Shown here in pieces: positions 1-12,194 of a stretch of DNA of 64,000 nucleotides (its first letter is position 1; every line of letters begins with the position of its first letter). The stretch covers positions 6,569 through 70,568 of the forward strand of contig CAYNMS010000001.1 of assembly GCA_964398525.1 (NCBI GenBank), given 5' to 3'. The notes under the pieces were generated by a model, which was given only the letters and a program-made list of their open reading frames with translations, made no database searches and was not told the DNA's origin. The position numbers and the translations under genes were made by a program. This stretch comes from an uncultured Pseudomonadales bacterium (GTDB lineage Bacteria; Patescibacteriota; Microgenomatia; UBA1400; CAYNFZ01).

Positions 1-2
1 TT

Positions 3-269
3 TTAGACGACATCTCCTCAAACGCCACCCCTGCCACCGATTCTGCCAATCTTCAAGACAACATCATCCCCAAACAATCATTCTCTCTCACCCTAACCCC
101 CCAAGGAGAAGTCGTTTATGTCATCGAAGGCACCAAACGACGTCGCTTCTTTGGCCTTGTGCCCATTACCGTTCATAAAACTATCACCGTCTCCGCCGAC
201 AATGGTGACTTGATGGCAGAAACTTATCCCAACATTTACTACCGCCTCCTCGACACTCTCTCAATTTAA
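3..269 (+). CDS. C-terminal fragment of a hypothetical protein (5' end lies before the window)
   Basis: Frame 3 is open from the window edge to TAA at 267-269. No recognisable motif. Its stop overlaps the stop of the convergent ORF 266..769 by a few nt. Confidence 0.3.
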   Translation, partial: LDDISSNATPATDSANLQDNIIPKQSFSLTLTPQGEVVYVIEGTKRRRFFGLVPITVHKTITVSADNGDLMAETYPNIYYRLLDTLSI

Positions 270-769
270 TACCCCTTAGGTGGCTTTAACTTTTTCCCTA
301 GAAAAACCAATTTCATTTGCTTCAATCTCTCAGTTATTCTTTCCACCTCATTCTCTAACTCTTCTCTGGTTACACCTTTAGTTTTAGCCTGGTTCCAGAC
401 AACTTCCATTGTCTTTTCAAACCTATTGTTAAAACGCGTGTTCAAATCTTTCCATGCTATCCCTTCCAAACTCTGGGCAACCTCTTTTCGATATTCCAAT
501 TCGCCAATTTTCATCAAAAATGCCAAGCCTGGATAACCTAAATACCCTTGCCAATATGTTCCGTTATCATTTGTCATGATTGCTTGCTTCATTTCGTCCC
601 AAAACACCATATAAAACTTATTCCTACTACTCGAAAACACTCTGGCCGATACGACGCCTTCATTATCTTTATCATCTACTTCTACTCGCCCGTCAGCCAC
701 TGCTCCCAAAGCCTCATAAATTTTTATAGCTGGCGGCAATTTCCACTCCATTACCAAACAACATATCAC
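266..769 (-). CDS. hypothetical protein (167 aa)
   Basis: Complete ORF on the dominant coding strand with purine-rich codon usage like neighbouring minus-strand genes. No motif recognised. Confidence 0.5.
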   Translation of the reverse strand: MICCLVMEWKLPPAIKIYEALGAVADGRVEVDDKDNEGVVSARVFSSSRNKFYMVFWDEMKQAIMTNDNGTYWQGYLGYPGLAFLMKIGELEYRKEVAQSLEGIAWKDLNTRFNNRFEKTMEVVWNQAKTKGVTREELENEVERITERLKQMKLVFLGKKLKPPKGY

Positions 770-1030
770 TTCCCCACCAAGTCAGCAATTAAATATACCC
801 TCAACGTCCCCATAACTTTTCCTATTCCATGCAAATGAATTGATACATTTGCATTATGTTCCTCTCTAAAATCAGCTATTAATCTTGTTAGAAAAGCCTA
901 AACCAAGTTTAAATTGATTATTACCAACAACTTTTTGTCAAACTCATCTTATCCTGTAAATGTTTCCTTAACTACCAACTTCTCCAAATATTGACCAAAG
1001 TCCTCACTCCAAAGCCCCACGCTACATAAC

Positions 1031-1066
1031 CAAAAAACCAAGCTTCCGCTTGGCTTTTTTATTTTT
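1031..1066. terminator. bidirectional rho-independent terminator hairpin (CCAAGC-TTCC-GCTTGG) flanked by an A-run and a T-run
   Basis: Perfect 6-bp stem at 1038..1053, followed by T6/T5 on + and by T6 on the minus transcript. It lies about 80 nt past the 23S 3' end, so it probably terminates the tRNA-Ala-23S transcript. Confidence 0.5.
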
Positions 1067-1129
1067 GCTCTTTAGCAAGTGAAGAGAAAGATAGCGAGTT
1101 CTTATCGTAATTAGACTTTATCTTTTTAC

Positions 1130-4050
<2,921 letters not shown>

Positions 4051-4327
4051 AGTCAAGATTAAAGTCTGATCTAATAAGACCTACTGGTTTAAAGTTTAAA
4101 AAAACCTTAAACATTTATCTTCTCTTCACTTGTTAAAGAACAAATACTGCCGGGGTATTCCCTCTTGCAGATCCCGTACCGACTCTCTTTTGCTAATCTC
4201 TCTGTAGCCGGACAGCTACTCAATTAGACAATTTATCAAGTCGTCTTGTGGGATTAATGTGCTTCGAGTTTAAAGACTCGCGAAAGCCAATCTTTCAAGG
4301 CTTTAGCCAATCTTCAATTCTCGTTTG

Positions 4328-4400
4328 TGGACCTGAGCGGGCTCGAACCGCTTACCTCGTCATTGCAAATGACGCGCTCTACCAGCTGAGCTACAGGCCC
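4328..4400 (-). tRNA. tRNA-Ala (anticodon TGC)
   Basis: Reverse complement GGGCCTGTAGCTCAGCTGGTAGAGCGCGTCATTTGCAATGACGAGGTAAGCGGTTCGAGCCCGCTCAGGTCCA folds as a cloverleaf with anticodon loop TTTGCAA. It lies about 280 nt upstream of the 23S 5' end. CCA not encoded. Confidence 0.9.
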
Positions 4401-4720
4401 AAGAATTAAAGTGCCGTCAGTTCGCCACAGCCAAGTTGTACTCAACTAAAGCCAACCTATCAACGAACTAACTATTCTTTTTCGCTTATTTTTCCCCTAA
4501 GCGTTGGGATAAATGGATTTGCAACCGCTTTTATACGGTCAGCTGGATTATTCAATCTTAAAAAGTGCTGCTAGAGACCAAGTCCCTCAGGCAGCTTCAC
4601 TCACCATGACAACCAATCAGTGCGGTTTAAGTTTTTTCGGGTTGTCGCTTTCAGTTTCTGCATAAGGTTACTTGGGATCTCTCCAAGCGTACTGTATGTT
4701 ATCACCCCTTATTATTAAAT

Positions 4721-5104
4721 TCAATCCCTGCTCTCCCGCCAATTAGTTTCCATATTTGGCCAGTTCTGATTTCTCAACTCAAGACCTAAACTCAAGTCTA
4801 TAGTTACCCTGTCTCGGCTCAATTCAAATTTCTCAACCAATTCATTCATCGTCACCGCCAAATCATGCCTCCCCTTCAAGATCTTTCTCATCAAAATCAT
4901 ATTAATCCGTGGCTCATCTCCGGTTTTATCCACAACCACCAAACCCACCATCACCCCTTTCAAGTTCAAGTCTGGCACCACCGCCAAAACCCGCCCCTCC
5001 GGTAATTCATTCATGTGGCGTCCTACTTGATTTCTAATCATTTCCTGCCGCTTTTGTTTTCCTTCTCGATCAACAAAAATCATCCTCCCTTTTTTTTCTT
5101 TCAT
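4721..5104 (-). CDS. hypothetical protein (127 aa)
   Basis: Complete ORF with a 4-nt overlap on the upstream csbD-like gene, suggesting an operon. No motif recognised. Confidence 0.45.
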   Translation of the reverse strand: MKEKKGRMIFVDREGKQKRQEMIRNQVGRHMNELPEGRVLAVVPDLNLKGVMVGLVVVDKTGDEPRINMILMRKILKGRHDLAVTMNELVEKFELSRDRVTIDLSLGLELRNQNWPNMETNWRESRD

Positions 5105-5358
5105 TCCAACTCGTCCTCATCATCTTCATCATCTTCAAAATCCTCCCCCAAACTCTCCGCCCAAACGTCCACCTGAGCCTCTGCCTCCTCAAGATCCAAG
5201 TCATACTTTTTCTGGATCATTCCTACCAATTGATCTCTCTTACCTTCAACTTGAAGCAATTCGTCATCAGTCAACTCTCCCCACCTCTCTTTCGCCTCCC
5301 CCTTAAACTCACTCCAATTTCCCCTTATATCGTTCCAAAGGTTGTCACCATTATCCAT
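5101..5358 (-). CDS. CsbD-family general stress protein with polyacidic C-terminal tail
   Basis: KGEAKERWGELTDDELLQVEGKRDQLVGMIQKKYDL matches the CsbD/UPF0337 consensus (KGKxKExWGKLTDDDLxxIxGKRDQLVGKIQExYG). The tail is DFEDDEDDEDELE. Confidence 0.75.
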   Translation of the reverse strand: MDNGDNLWNDIRGNWSEFKGEAKERWGELTDDELLQVEGKRDQLVGMIQKKYDLDLEEAEAQVDVWAESLGEDFEDDEDDEDELE

Positions 5359-5492
5359 ATCATCTCCTGTTAACTGCTATTTCTCATAGCCTAATCTCCC
5401 TTTGTCGCTAATTGGTCAGAATTAAGTTAAATTTTGGTAATAAACCTTTTTCTTTCGTCTTGTCCTTGATAGACTATAGGCAAGGAGTTTTT

Positions 5493-5756
5493 ATGAACAT
5501 CAATCCTCGCCATTTTTCTCTCAAAACCAAACTCATCCTCTCGTTCCTCTTACTCTTCACCGCCGTCTTAGCTGCCTTTTACTGGTACTACCGCTCCACC
5601 GTGGATAAACTGGAAGCCGCCAATCGGCTCGAATCTCAAGCCCAAACCCTCCAACAAGAAATCGACGAATGCACCCTCCTCATGCAACAACAACAAGGCG
5701 AATTCTCCCGCTTCCAATACTGTTCACGCCTGCTCGAAGTCTTCCACTCCAACTAA
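5493..5756 (+). CDS. small membrane-anchored coiled-coil protein (87 aa)
   Basis: The internal ATG at 5493 has AGGAG 7 nt upstream; the track's longer ORF (from 5412) has no SD. One N-terminal TM segment (LILSFLLLFTAVLAAFYWYY) followed by a Q/E-rich helix. Confidence 0.45.
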   Translation: MNINPRHFSLKTKLILSFLLLFTAVLAAFYWYYRSTVDKLEAANRLESQAQTLQQEIDECTLLMQQQQGEFSRFQYCSRLLEVFHSN

Positions 5757-5792
5757 CTTAACCTTTTCTCAATTTTCTAGGTCTTTTAAGGC

Positions 5793-5927
5793 CTATCTTG
5801 ACTGATTCATTCGCTGATGGAGCTTAAAACCCAACGCCGCGCCAATCAAGGAAACCATGATGGCCATAGTGGCCGAACTCATCAGGGAAGGCAAAAACAA
5901 GTTAACAATTAAGGGCAGAATCTCCAT
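5793..5927 (-). CDS. 44-aa hydrophobic membrane peptide (below the ORF-track size cutoff)
   Basis: ATG at 5927 is preceded by AGGAGG at optimal spacing. Translation: MEILPLIVNLFLPSLMSSATMAIMVSLIGAALGFKLHQRMNQSR. A palindromic operator-like site lies just upstream. Confidence 0.4.
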   Translation of the reverse strand: MEILPLIVNLFLPSLMSSATMAIMVSLIGAALGFKLHQRMNQSR

Positions 5928-5949
5928 TTAGCCTCCTATTTTTATATTA

Positions 5950-5967
5950 AGTGACAAACATGTCACT
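5950..5967. promoter_or_regulatory. inverted repeat AGTGACA-N4-TGTCACT (candidate operator)
   Basis: Perfect 7-bp arms seen directly. It sits about 20 nt upstream of the SD of the 44-aa peptide gene and overlaps AT-rich -10-like hexamers (TAATAT/TATATT). Confidence 0.35.
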
Positions 5968-6237
5968 AGGAAAACCCAATATACACTAAGTTCTTTCCAA
6001 CTTTAAACGCAATTCTCACGGAATTCTTACAAATATTTAATCCCATTAACCACAACCATTCTACTCAAAGCTGCTAATTTTCTCTCAATACCATTCTTCT
6101 AAATCTTCTGTCATGCAACCTCTGGCACCTTCTCTACCAGTTCAACTGGCTCGACCATGACCACTTCTTCTGGAACTCCTTCATCGTTTCCAACCGAATT
6201 CCGCTCCCCATCACCACCCCTACCATTACCGTCTTTC

Positions 6238-7905
6238 TCACTTTTCTCTCACATCCTCTGGCAATTCCTTCACTTCATACTTAGCCAATATCTTTCGTAT
6301 TTGATCTAATGTTTTCTCATTCCATTTACTGGACAAAAGCCAACTAAGATCTACTAAATCTATCGGATCAAAAGCAACTCCCAATTCATTCAACACGTTA
6401 CTCAATTCTTCCATGTTTTCAGCCCCAAGTAACTCTTGTTTTCCGTCTGATTCGGCTTCTTTTTCCTCTTTTGTATCCATCGGTATCTCCAGTGCACCAT
6501 CTTCCTTTGATTCCTCACTGCTCTCAGCTTCACCACCAAGCTCTACTTGATCCTGTTCTAGCGACGAAGCCGCTTCTTCGGCAACTTCTTCACTTTCTAT
6601 TTTTTCTCCTTCAAGTAATTTCTTCACCTGAGCTAGACCATCCATTAATTCGCTTTCTCCATCACCTTTCACCCTCTCTGCCAAAGTATCCAACCAACCA
6701 ACCAAAGCTTCCATATCAACCCCCTCCAAACCCCCTCGCATTATTTTTTGAACAAAAATTCGCAAACTAACTTTTTCATATCTTTCTAATCCGTCCAAGC
6801 CATCTATCTCCTTTACGCCTTCCCCTAATCGATCAATCAATTCCTTTTTTTTCAATTCCTCAAACTCTTTTTCTTGCTTAATCACCTCTGCCTCACTCAA
6901 ATCCACACCATCCTCCATCCTTTCCTTCAATTGCTTGAGTGCAAACAATACCTCTATCACACTCTTTTCATCTACACCGTACGTTTCATTCTCAATTCTC
7001 CTTATCCAATCATTAACATCACCAATGTTGGCCGTCTCTGGGCTGGTTAGCAGTTGTTTAATCTGGTTCACTCCAATTTCACCAAAAGCCTCGTGCATTT
7101 CTCTTGCACTCTCAATCCCTTGCTTACTCACTCGCCCCCACACTCTTTCTGGATCTTTTTTCCATTTATCCCATTTTTGCTTCGCCTTCTCAACCAACCC
7201 TTTGCCTTCCGATGCTGTTTCTTTGGCTTTGTCAACAACACTTGAAGTTTTTTGCTCCCACCCTGACCTTAAATCTATGGCTTCCTCCACAACAGGTGTC
7301 GTTTTTTCCAGCTGTCTCTTGATTACTAACAAATCTCCAGCTTTTTTACCCCCTGCCTCTCCCGCTTGTTTCATCAAATCGTCCACAATTGCATTTACCG
7401 ACTCAATCGTCTGACTTGTTGCCTCACCTTTTTCCAACACCGCTCTGACCAAATTTCTCTGCTCAGCCAAACCAATACTCTTAGTAGCACCTAAAGCCTG
7501 CTTCTTAATTCTTGCTGCTAATTCATCAGGACTCGGTTGTTTTTCCTCTTGTGCCTTCAATTTCCCTAACTCTTGATCCGCCCCTTCCTTCCACTTCTGC
7601 CAATTTTTCTCTTTAAACTCTTTCGCTTCCTCGCTCAGTTCACCTACCGAATCTATCAATTTCCCCTGATCATCACTTTTTTTAAAACTTGCTTCCACCT
7701 GGTAATCCTGATTCCTCGGCGGCTCGCCCTTGTTTATTAGCTTTCTCACTACCCTCCCCCACAAACCTTCTTTTGGTGCTTCTGGTGTCGTTGTCTCTCT
7801 TGCAGGCGCTAAACCAGCTTCTTGCAATTCTCCCACCTTTTTACTCAACTCCTTTGCACTAGGTGGAACTCCCTCTACCGCATGCTTTATTACATCAATA
7901 TCCAT
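6238..7905 (-). CDS. large acidic E/K-rich low-complexity protein (555 aa), probably coiled-coil or disordered
   Basis: Uninterrupted 1.67-kb ORF on the coding-dense strand. Composition dominated by E, K, L, G. No TM or signal peptide. No enzyme motif recognised. Confidence 0.55.
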   Translation of the reverse strand: MDIDVIKHAVEGVPPSAKELSKKVGELQEAGLAPARETTTPEAPKEGLWGRVVRKLINKGEPPRNQDYQVEASFKKSDDQGKLIDSVGELSEEAKEFKEKNWQKWKEGADQELGKLKAQEEKQPSPDELAARIKKQALGATKSIGLAEQRNLVRAVLEKGEATSQTIESVNAIVDDLMKQAGEAGGKKAGDLLVIKRQLEKTTPVVEEAIDLRSGWEQKTSSVVDKAKETASEGKGLVEKAKQKWDKWKKDPERVWGRVSKQGIESAREMHEAFGEIGVNQIKQLLTSPETANIGDVNDWIRRIENETYGVDEKSVIEVLFALKQLKERMEDGVDLSEAEVIKQEKEFEELKKKELIDRLGEGVKEIDGLDGLERYEKVSLRIFVQKIMRGGLEGVDMEALVGWLDTLAERVKGDGESELMDGLAQVKKLLEGEKIESEEVAEEAASSLEQDQVELGGEAESSEESKEDGALEIPMDTKEEKEAESDGKQELLGAENMEELSNVLNELGVAFDPIDLVDLSWLLSSKWNEKTLDQIRKILAKYEVKELPEDVREK

Positions 7906-7928
7906 CCACCCATCATTTCAAGTTTGAC

Positions 7929-8375
7929 TTAATCCGTCAACAATCCCTCAAGTTTGAGTAGCCACTTCTTTCTCTCTACTCCCCCAGAGTAGCCCCCCAA
8001 ACCACCACTACTAGACACTACCCTATGGCACGGCACCACAATCGGCACCTTGTTGGCTCCACATGCTCCCGCTACTGCCCGCACCGCCAATGGCTTACCC
8101 ATTCTTTTGGCTAGCCCCTTATAACTCACCGTTGTCCCGTAAGCCACTTTCATCAGCTCCTGCCATACTCTCTTCTGAAACTCTGTCCCTTCAAGCTTTA
8201 CTTCCATTTCAAATTCCCGTCTCTCGCCTCTCAAATACTCCTCCACCTGCTCCCCAATCTTCGACAACTTATCACTCTGCTTTAGTTCATTAATCCAATT
8301 CACCCCCACCAGTTTGCCTTCCTCCGATAAAACTTCTACCCCACCCACCAAAGTCTTTATTCTTTCAACTTTCAT
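7929..8375 (-). CDS. ogt: methylated-DNA--protein-cysteine methyltransferase (O6-alkylguanine-DNA alkyltransferase)
   Basis: Active-site PCHRVV motif, preceded by the TVSYKGLAKRMGKPLAVRAVAGACGANKVPIVVPCHRV helix-turn-helix region typical of Ogt/Ada-C. Confidence 0.85.
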   Translation of the reverse strand: MKVERIKTLVGGVEVLSEEGKLVGVNWINELKQSDKLSKIGEQVEEYLRGERREFEMEVKLEGTEFQKRVWQELMKVAYGTTVSYKGLAKRMGKPLAVRAVAGACGANKVPIVVPCHRVVSSSGGLGGYSGGVERKKWLLKLEGLLTD

Positions 8376-8754
8376 ATCTCCTCCCTTTCACCAACACCTT
8401 TCCATTCAACTTATCAACTCCCCCCTCAAAAACCAACTCCCACCCCATACCTATCAGTCTTACATGTTCATCTTCAAAAAAGGCCACTACTGGTACTTCT
8501 GGATTTTCTTGCTGGTTTAATTCCATTAGCTCCTCCCAATCCTCCACTCCACTTAGCTTCCAAAACAAACAACCATTAGAACTAATTAATTTCAACCTCA
8601 CCTCTTCTGCAAAAGGTAATCCTAAATTAAACTCCCTTATCCTCCTTCTCCCCCTTCTTAACTCAATCGCTTCTCCTGCAATTACTTCCCAAGGATAACC
8701 TCTACCCTCTCCTTCATTACCCGAAAAATATCCCCTCCTCCTATATTCATTCAT
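8365..8754 (-). CDS. hypothetical protein (129 aa)
   Basis: Complete ORF overlapping ogt by 11 nt and the upstream PTP gene by 8 nt, so the three genes form a tightly packed operon. No motif recognised. Confidence 0.4.
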   Translation of the reverse strand: MNEYRRRGYFSGNEGEGRGYPWEVIAGEAIELRRGRRRIREFNLGLPFAEEVRLKLISSNGCLFWKLSGVEDWEELMELNQQENPEVPVVAFFEDEHVRLIGMGWELVFEGGVDKLNGKVLVKGRRYES

Positions 8755-9211
8755 GATCGCTCTCCACGAATTTCTTAATTACTCCCTTCACTCCTCTCTC
8801 TATCATTTCATACACCCCCTTAAACCCACCTCCATAATACGGGTCAGGCACCCCCACTCCTGGCTCACCCACCAATTCCATCAACAATTCCACTCTAGCT
8901 TTTGATATTTCTGGTTTATTTTCTTTGAGCCACTCCACGTGCTCCTGGTCCATTCCTATTATCAAATCAAACTCATCAAAATCACTCTCATTCACTTGCC
9001 TGGCTCCACCTTCATACCTTATCCCTTTTTCTTCTAGTAGTCTCCTCGCTCTCAAATCCGCCTTTTCTCCCTCATGCGCTCCCACTGTCCCTGCCGAATC
9101 TACCCCCACCTCTCCCTCCAAACCCATCTTCTCCAACTCATTCTTCATCACCGCCTCCGCCATGGGCGAACGGCAAATATTTCCGGTACACACAAACAAT
9201 ATCTTAAACAC
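8747..9211 (-). CDS. low-molecular-weight protein-tyrosine phosphatase (or arsenate-reductase-like)
   Basis: N-terminal P-loop FVCTGNICRSPMAE (CX5R(S/T)) and a C-terminal DPYY-like motif (VPDPYYGG). Confidence 0.85.
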   Translation of the reverse strand: MFKILFVCTGNICRSPMAEAVMKNELEKMGLEGEVGVDSAGTVGAHEGEKADLRARRLLEEKGIRYEGGARQVNESDFDEFDLIIGMDQEHVEWLKENKPEISKARVELLMELVGEPGVGVPDPYYGGGFKGVYEMIERGVKGVIKKFVESDHE

Positions 9212-9255
9212 AATTTCCTACTTTACCCCAAACCTGGCGTTTTCCCAAGCCCAAA

Positions 9256-10935
9256 TTACCCGGACTTAACTTCCGCGATCAACTCCTCCAGTACACCAAT
9301 ATTGCCTGACACTTCTCTACCTCTTTCCCAAATTTCTTCTGCTTTTTCGCTCTCTCCCTCTTGCCACAGTACTTTCCCCCATAAAAACCAATTTTGCCAT
9401 TGCGTTGGTTCCAATTCGACTAACATTTCTACCTCCTCCTTCAATTCTTCACTAGCCCCCGTTTTCTCATAAAGGTGAATCAACCTCCTTCTGGACATAA
9501 AATCTTCAGGTTTACTTTCAGTTTGAAGTTTATAAACCAAAATCGCCTGCGCCCACTCTCCCATATCTTCCAACAACAAACCTGTAGCCAAAGCCGCCAT
9601 TCCTTCTTTAAGTTCCAGTGCCCTTCCACAGGCCTCAATTGCCTTAGGAAAATTCTCCTGGGTGCGCAACGTATGACACAAATTCGTCCACAACCTCCCC
9701 GTTTCCCGCCTCTCTATGTTATACCGATAAAACCCAATCGGCTCCGCCCACACTTCAATTTGTCTCCACGTCAGCCCCAACCAAACCACCAACACTCCGA
9801 CAGCCATCCACCTCAGTCGTTCCCACTTCCACTCTACACCGGCCACCAACCCGATCATCATCCCCGCCATCGCCACATAAAGCCAGTGTTCATAAAGTAG
9901 CGCATTACCGGGCAACACTCCGGTAAAAGGAAAGATAAATATCCACCACCAGGCCATTCCAAACCATATCCACATCTTTCCTTTCTCCCTGTATTCCCTC
10001 CACCCCAACCACAATATCAAAAGACTCACTCCTATCATCCCAGCAAACCAAATATTAACCCCCTTCATGATCGGCACCATCCGCTCGTAGTGTAAGCCCG
10101 TTGGCCACACCAACACTTTCATATACTCCCAAAACACTCTTCCAAAAGTCATCACCCTCACCCACAGGCTGTTAGTATACTCGCTCCCCAGCGACGAAAA
10201 CTCATAGCCATCCAAAAAGTTCAATCTGGTCAGCCTCAGCCACACGTATCCGACCACTCCGCCAAGTGCCGCTACCAAACCCACAATTTGAGCTTTATAA
10301 GCTTTCCACTTCTTCCACTTTTTCTTTTCCACTATCTCTTTAACACTAATCAGACCAAATAGCCCCACTCCCACCACTGCCACTTCTTTAGCCAAAATCG
10401 CCAACCAATATAATCCCACCGCCAGGGCAATTAACTTCCCCTTCCTCACTTTAGTGTTTTTCCCAAAAGCCTCCGCCCAGCAGTTTGCCCCTACAAAAAG
10501 TAGCAGCGCATACAAACTATCTCCCCTGGAATTTGCATAAGCTACTGCCTCCACTTGGGTTGGATGTACCAAAAAAGCCACCGCTACCACACCCGCCTCC
10601 TCACGTTTCATCCCCATCCTTACTAATAGTTCAAACAAAGCCACCCCCGCCATGCTGTGTAAAACCAGATTAGTCAAGTGAAACCCCATCGGGTTCAATC
10701 CCCACACTGCTTTATCCAGAGCAAATGTCAAAGACGTCAGTGGCCGGTAGTAGTTACTTACCTGTCCCACCCCGCTGGTCGTGCTCTCGGAAAATATTCG
10801 ATCAAACCTGCCCAGAGTAACACTCTCATTATCCACAAAAAAAGCATAATCATCCCACAAAAATCCATTTCCCAAACTCGGCAAATATGCTATCACGCCC
10901 ACCAAAAACATCAGCTTCCAGCTCAACCACTTCAT
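9256..10935 (-). CDS. polytopic membrane protein with FLWDDY motif and C-terminal TPR-like repeats (PMT/TMTC-like putative O-mannosyltransferase; GT39/DUF1736-like)
   Basis: More than 10 predicted TM helices. Conserved GFLWDDY near the N-terminus after the first TM, as in TMTC/DUF1736 proteins. The C-terminal ~130 aa are soluble and helical-repeat-like. Confidence 0.5.
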   Translation of the reverse strand: MKWLSWKLMFLVGVIAYLPSLGNGFLWDDYAFFVDNESVTLGRFDRIFSESTTSGVGQVSNYYRPLTSLTFALDKAVWGLNPMGFHLTNLVLHSMAGVALFELLVRMGMKREEAGVVAVAFLVHPTQVEAVAYANSRGDSLYALLLFVGANCWAEAFGKNTKVRKGKLIALAVGLYWLAILAKEVAVVGVGLFGLISVKEIVEKKKWKKWKAYKAQIVGLVAALGGVVGYVWLRLTRLNFLDGYEFSSLGSEYTNSLWVRVMTFGRVFWEYMKVLVWPTGLHYERMVPIMKGVNIWFAGMIGVSLLILWLGWREYREKGKMWIWFGMAWWWIFIFPFTGVLPGNALLYEHWLYVAMAGMMIGLVAGVEWKWERLRWMAVGVLVVWLGLTWRQIEVWAEPIGFYRYNIERRETGRLWTNLCHTLRTQENFPKAIEACGRALELKEGMAALATGLLLEDMGEWAQAILVYKLQTESKPEDFMSRRRLIHLYEKTGASEELKEEVEMLVELEPTQWQNWFLWGKVLWQEGESEKAEEIWERGREVSGNIGVLEELIAEVKSG

Positions 10936-10997
10936 CCCCCTAGCCTATCATAACTGCTTCGAAAATTGATCTCACACTCTCGCTTTCACACCTTAAA

Positions 10998-11258
10998 TCA
11001 ACCCTTTGAAGGGACGATTTGTCCTGTTTTCCAGTCAATTTTTCGACCAGGTCTTTTGTTTGCAGGCTCAGCTATCACAAATTCCTCTGGATCCAAAGCT
11101 TGTGCGTCTTCAGCAGAAATATCTCCAAGATAAGTTTTGAATCCTTGTCTTCCAACTCTTTCAAATCTAATTTTTCTATTAAAAATCTCGCTTTGATCCA
11201 TTTCACCATACTGCTCAATACTCATTCTTCCTCCCAAATGAATTGCTATATCCACCAT
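10998..11258 (-). CDS. hypothetical protein (86 aa)
   Basis: Complete ORF in the same orientation as its neighbours. No motif recognised. Confidence 0.35.
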   Translation of the reverse strand: MVDIAIHLGGRMSIEQYGEMDQSEIFNRKIRFERVGRQGFKTYLGDISAEDAQALDPEEFVIAEPANKRPGRKIDWKTGQIVPSKG

Positions 11259-11294
11259 AGTATACCCACCAATTCCCTTTCCGCAATCCCCTCT

Positions 11295-11960
11295 TTAACT
11301 CCAAAACTCCGGAAATTTCTTCATATACTTCTTTCGCCTCTCACCCTTCATTTCAGGAATAAACGGCCGAAAACTATCCAGTCTCTCCAAATTCCGCTCA
11401 AAGTGAAACAGCAACTTATTCACATAATTTGCTAAATCCTCATAAGCCTGAATATTTTCAATATAAAAATACTTCTCCTTTCTGTTGCCCGCACTCGATC
11501 TGGCCGTAAATGTCCCGATCCCTACCAAAGCCTGAAAATACCCTCGCCCGTATGCCCCAGTATCTTCAATCTTATCTAGCCCTAGCGACAAATTGTACCG
11601 ATTCCACGGCGTCGTGTAGATAAACTTAGTCAGTCTTCTGTTCGTCAAAATAAACACACTCTTCTTCCACAGTGTATACACCCACCAGCCCCCCACTCCC
11701 ATAAATAACCCCGCCAAGAATAAAACTGCCACCGACACTAACCCAATTCCTTCCACTCCCGCTTGAGCCACCAGCAAAGGCAATCCCATGCCCATTATCA
11801 CCAACACCGCTACCACCAAGACAATCATCAACATCCTCAACCACAGCATTACCGTCGCTTCCCGCGTAATATATAAAATTCGCTCATCACTGGATTGCCC
11901 TGGAAACTTCAAGTCCCGGTAAGGAAACACAAACTCTCCCACCCTAAAAACGCTATTCAT
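11295..11960 (-). CDS. membrane protein with bacterial PH (bPH_2/YdbT-like) domain
   Basis: Two TM helices follow a short N-terminus. ILTNRRLTKF and the downstream beta-rich segment resemble the DUF304/bPH_2 fold signature. Confidence 0.45.
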   Translation of the reverse strand: MNSVFRVGEFVFPYRDLKFPGQSSDERILYITREATVMLWLRMLMIVLVVAVLVIMGMGLPLLVAQAGVEGIGLVSVAVLFLAGLFMGVGGWWVYTLWKKSVFILTNRRLTKFIYTTPWNRYNLSLGLDKIEDTGAYGRGYFQALVGIGTFTARSSAGNRKEKYFYIENIQAYEDLANYVNKLLFHFERNLERLDSFRPFIPEMKGERRKKYMKKFPEFWS

Positions 11961-12194
11961 GCCCCTATTCTATCAGTCTTCTCCCCGTTCTTCTTCAACT
12001 TCAGGTTTTCTCACACTATCCCAAAACTCCACTCCCCACACTCCATCATCTATTGGACTTTCTGACGCATCCAATTGCTCTTCAATTTCACTCACCCTCA
12101 TCACCTCCATTCCAGATTTTTCCCATCCTACCAAACTGTCACCACCTTGTCTCTACCTCTCCACTACACACCATAAAATCTTCAAAATTCAAAT

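Noticed and set aside
548-838. 96-aa + strand ORF overlapping the 3' half of minus ORF 266..769
   Set aside because: It is antisense to a better-supported ORF and has pyrimidine-rich low-complexity composition with no SD. Considered spurious.
1066-1080. boxA-like motif TGCTCTTTAGCAA
   Set aside because: It resembles the rrn antiterminator boxA (GCTCTTTAACAA) but lies on the + strand, downstream of and antisense to the minus-strand 23S. It cannot function there and is probably chance.
6471-7927. Multiple + strand ORFs (6471..6770, 6935..7414, 7054..7245, 7104..7322, 7730..7927) antisense to the 555-aa gene, plus many similar Pro/Ser/Leu-rich antisense ORFs throughout (for example 9475..9900, 10485..10953, 22034..22708, 28837..29292, 52633..53460)
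   Set aside because: The + strand is pyrimidine-rich and therefore stop-codon-poor opposite every minus-strand gene. These ORFs have low-complexity P/S/L/F composition and no SD or motifs, and they fully overlap well-supported genes.
11626-11844. 72-aa minus-strand ORF in an alternative frame inside the bPH membrane protein gene 11295..11960
   Set aside because: Same-strand alternate frame with a Gly-rich low-complexity translation that fully overlaps the longer, domain-containing ORF.
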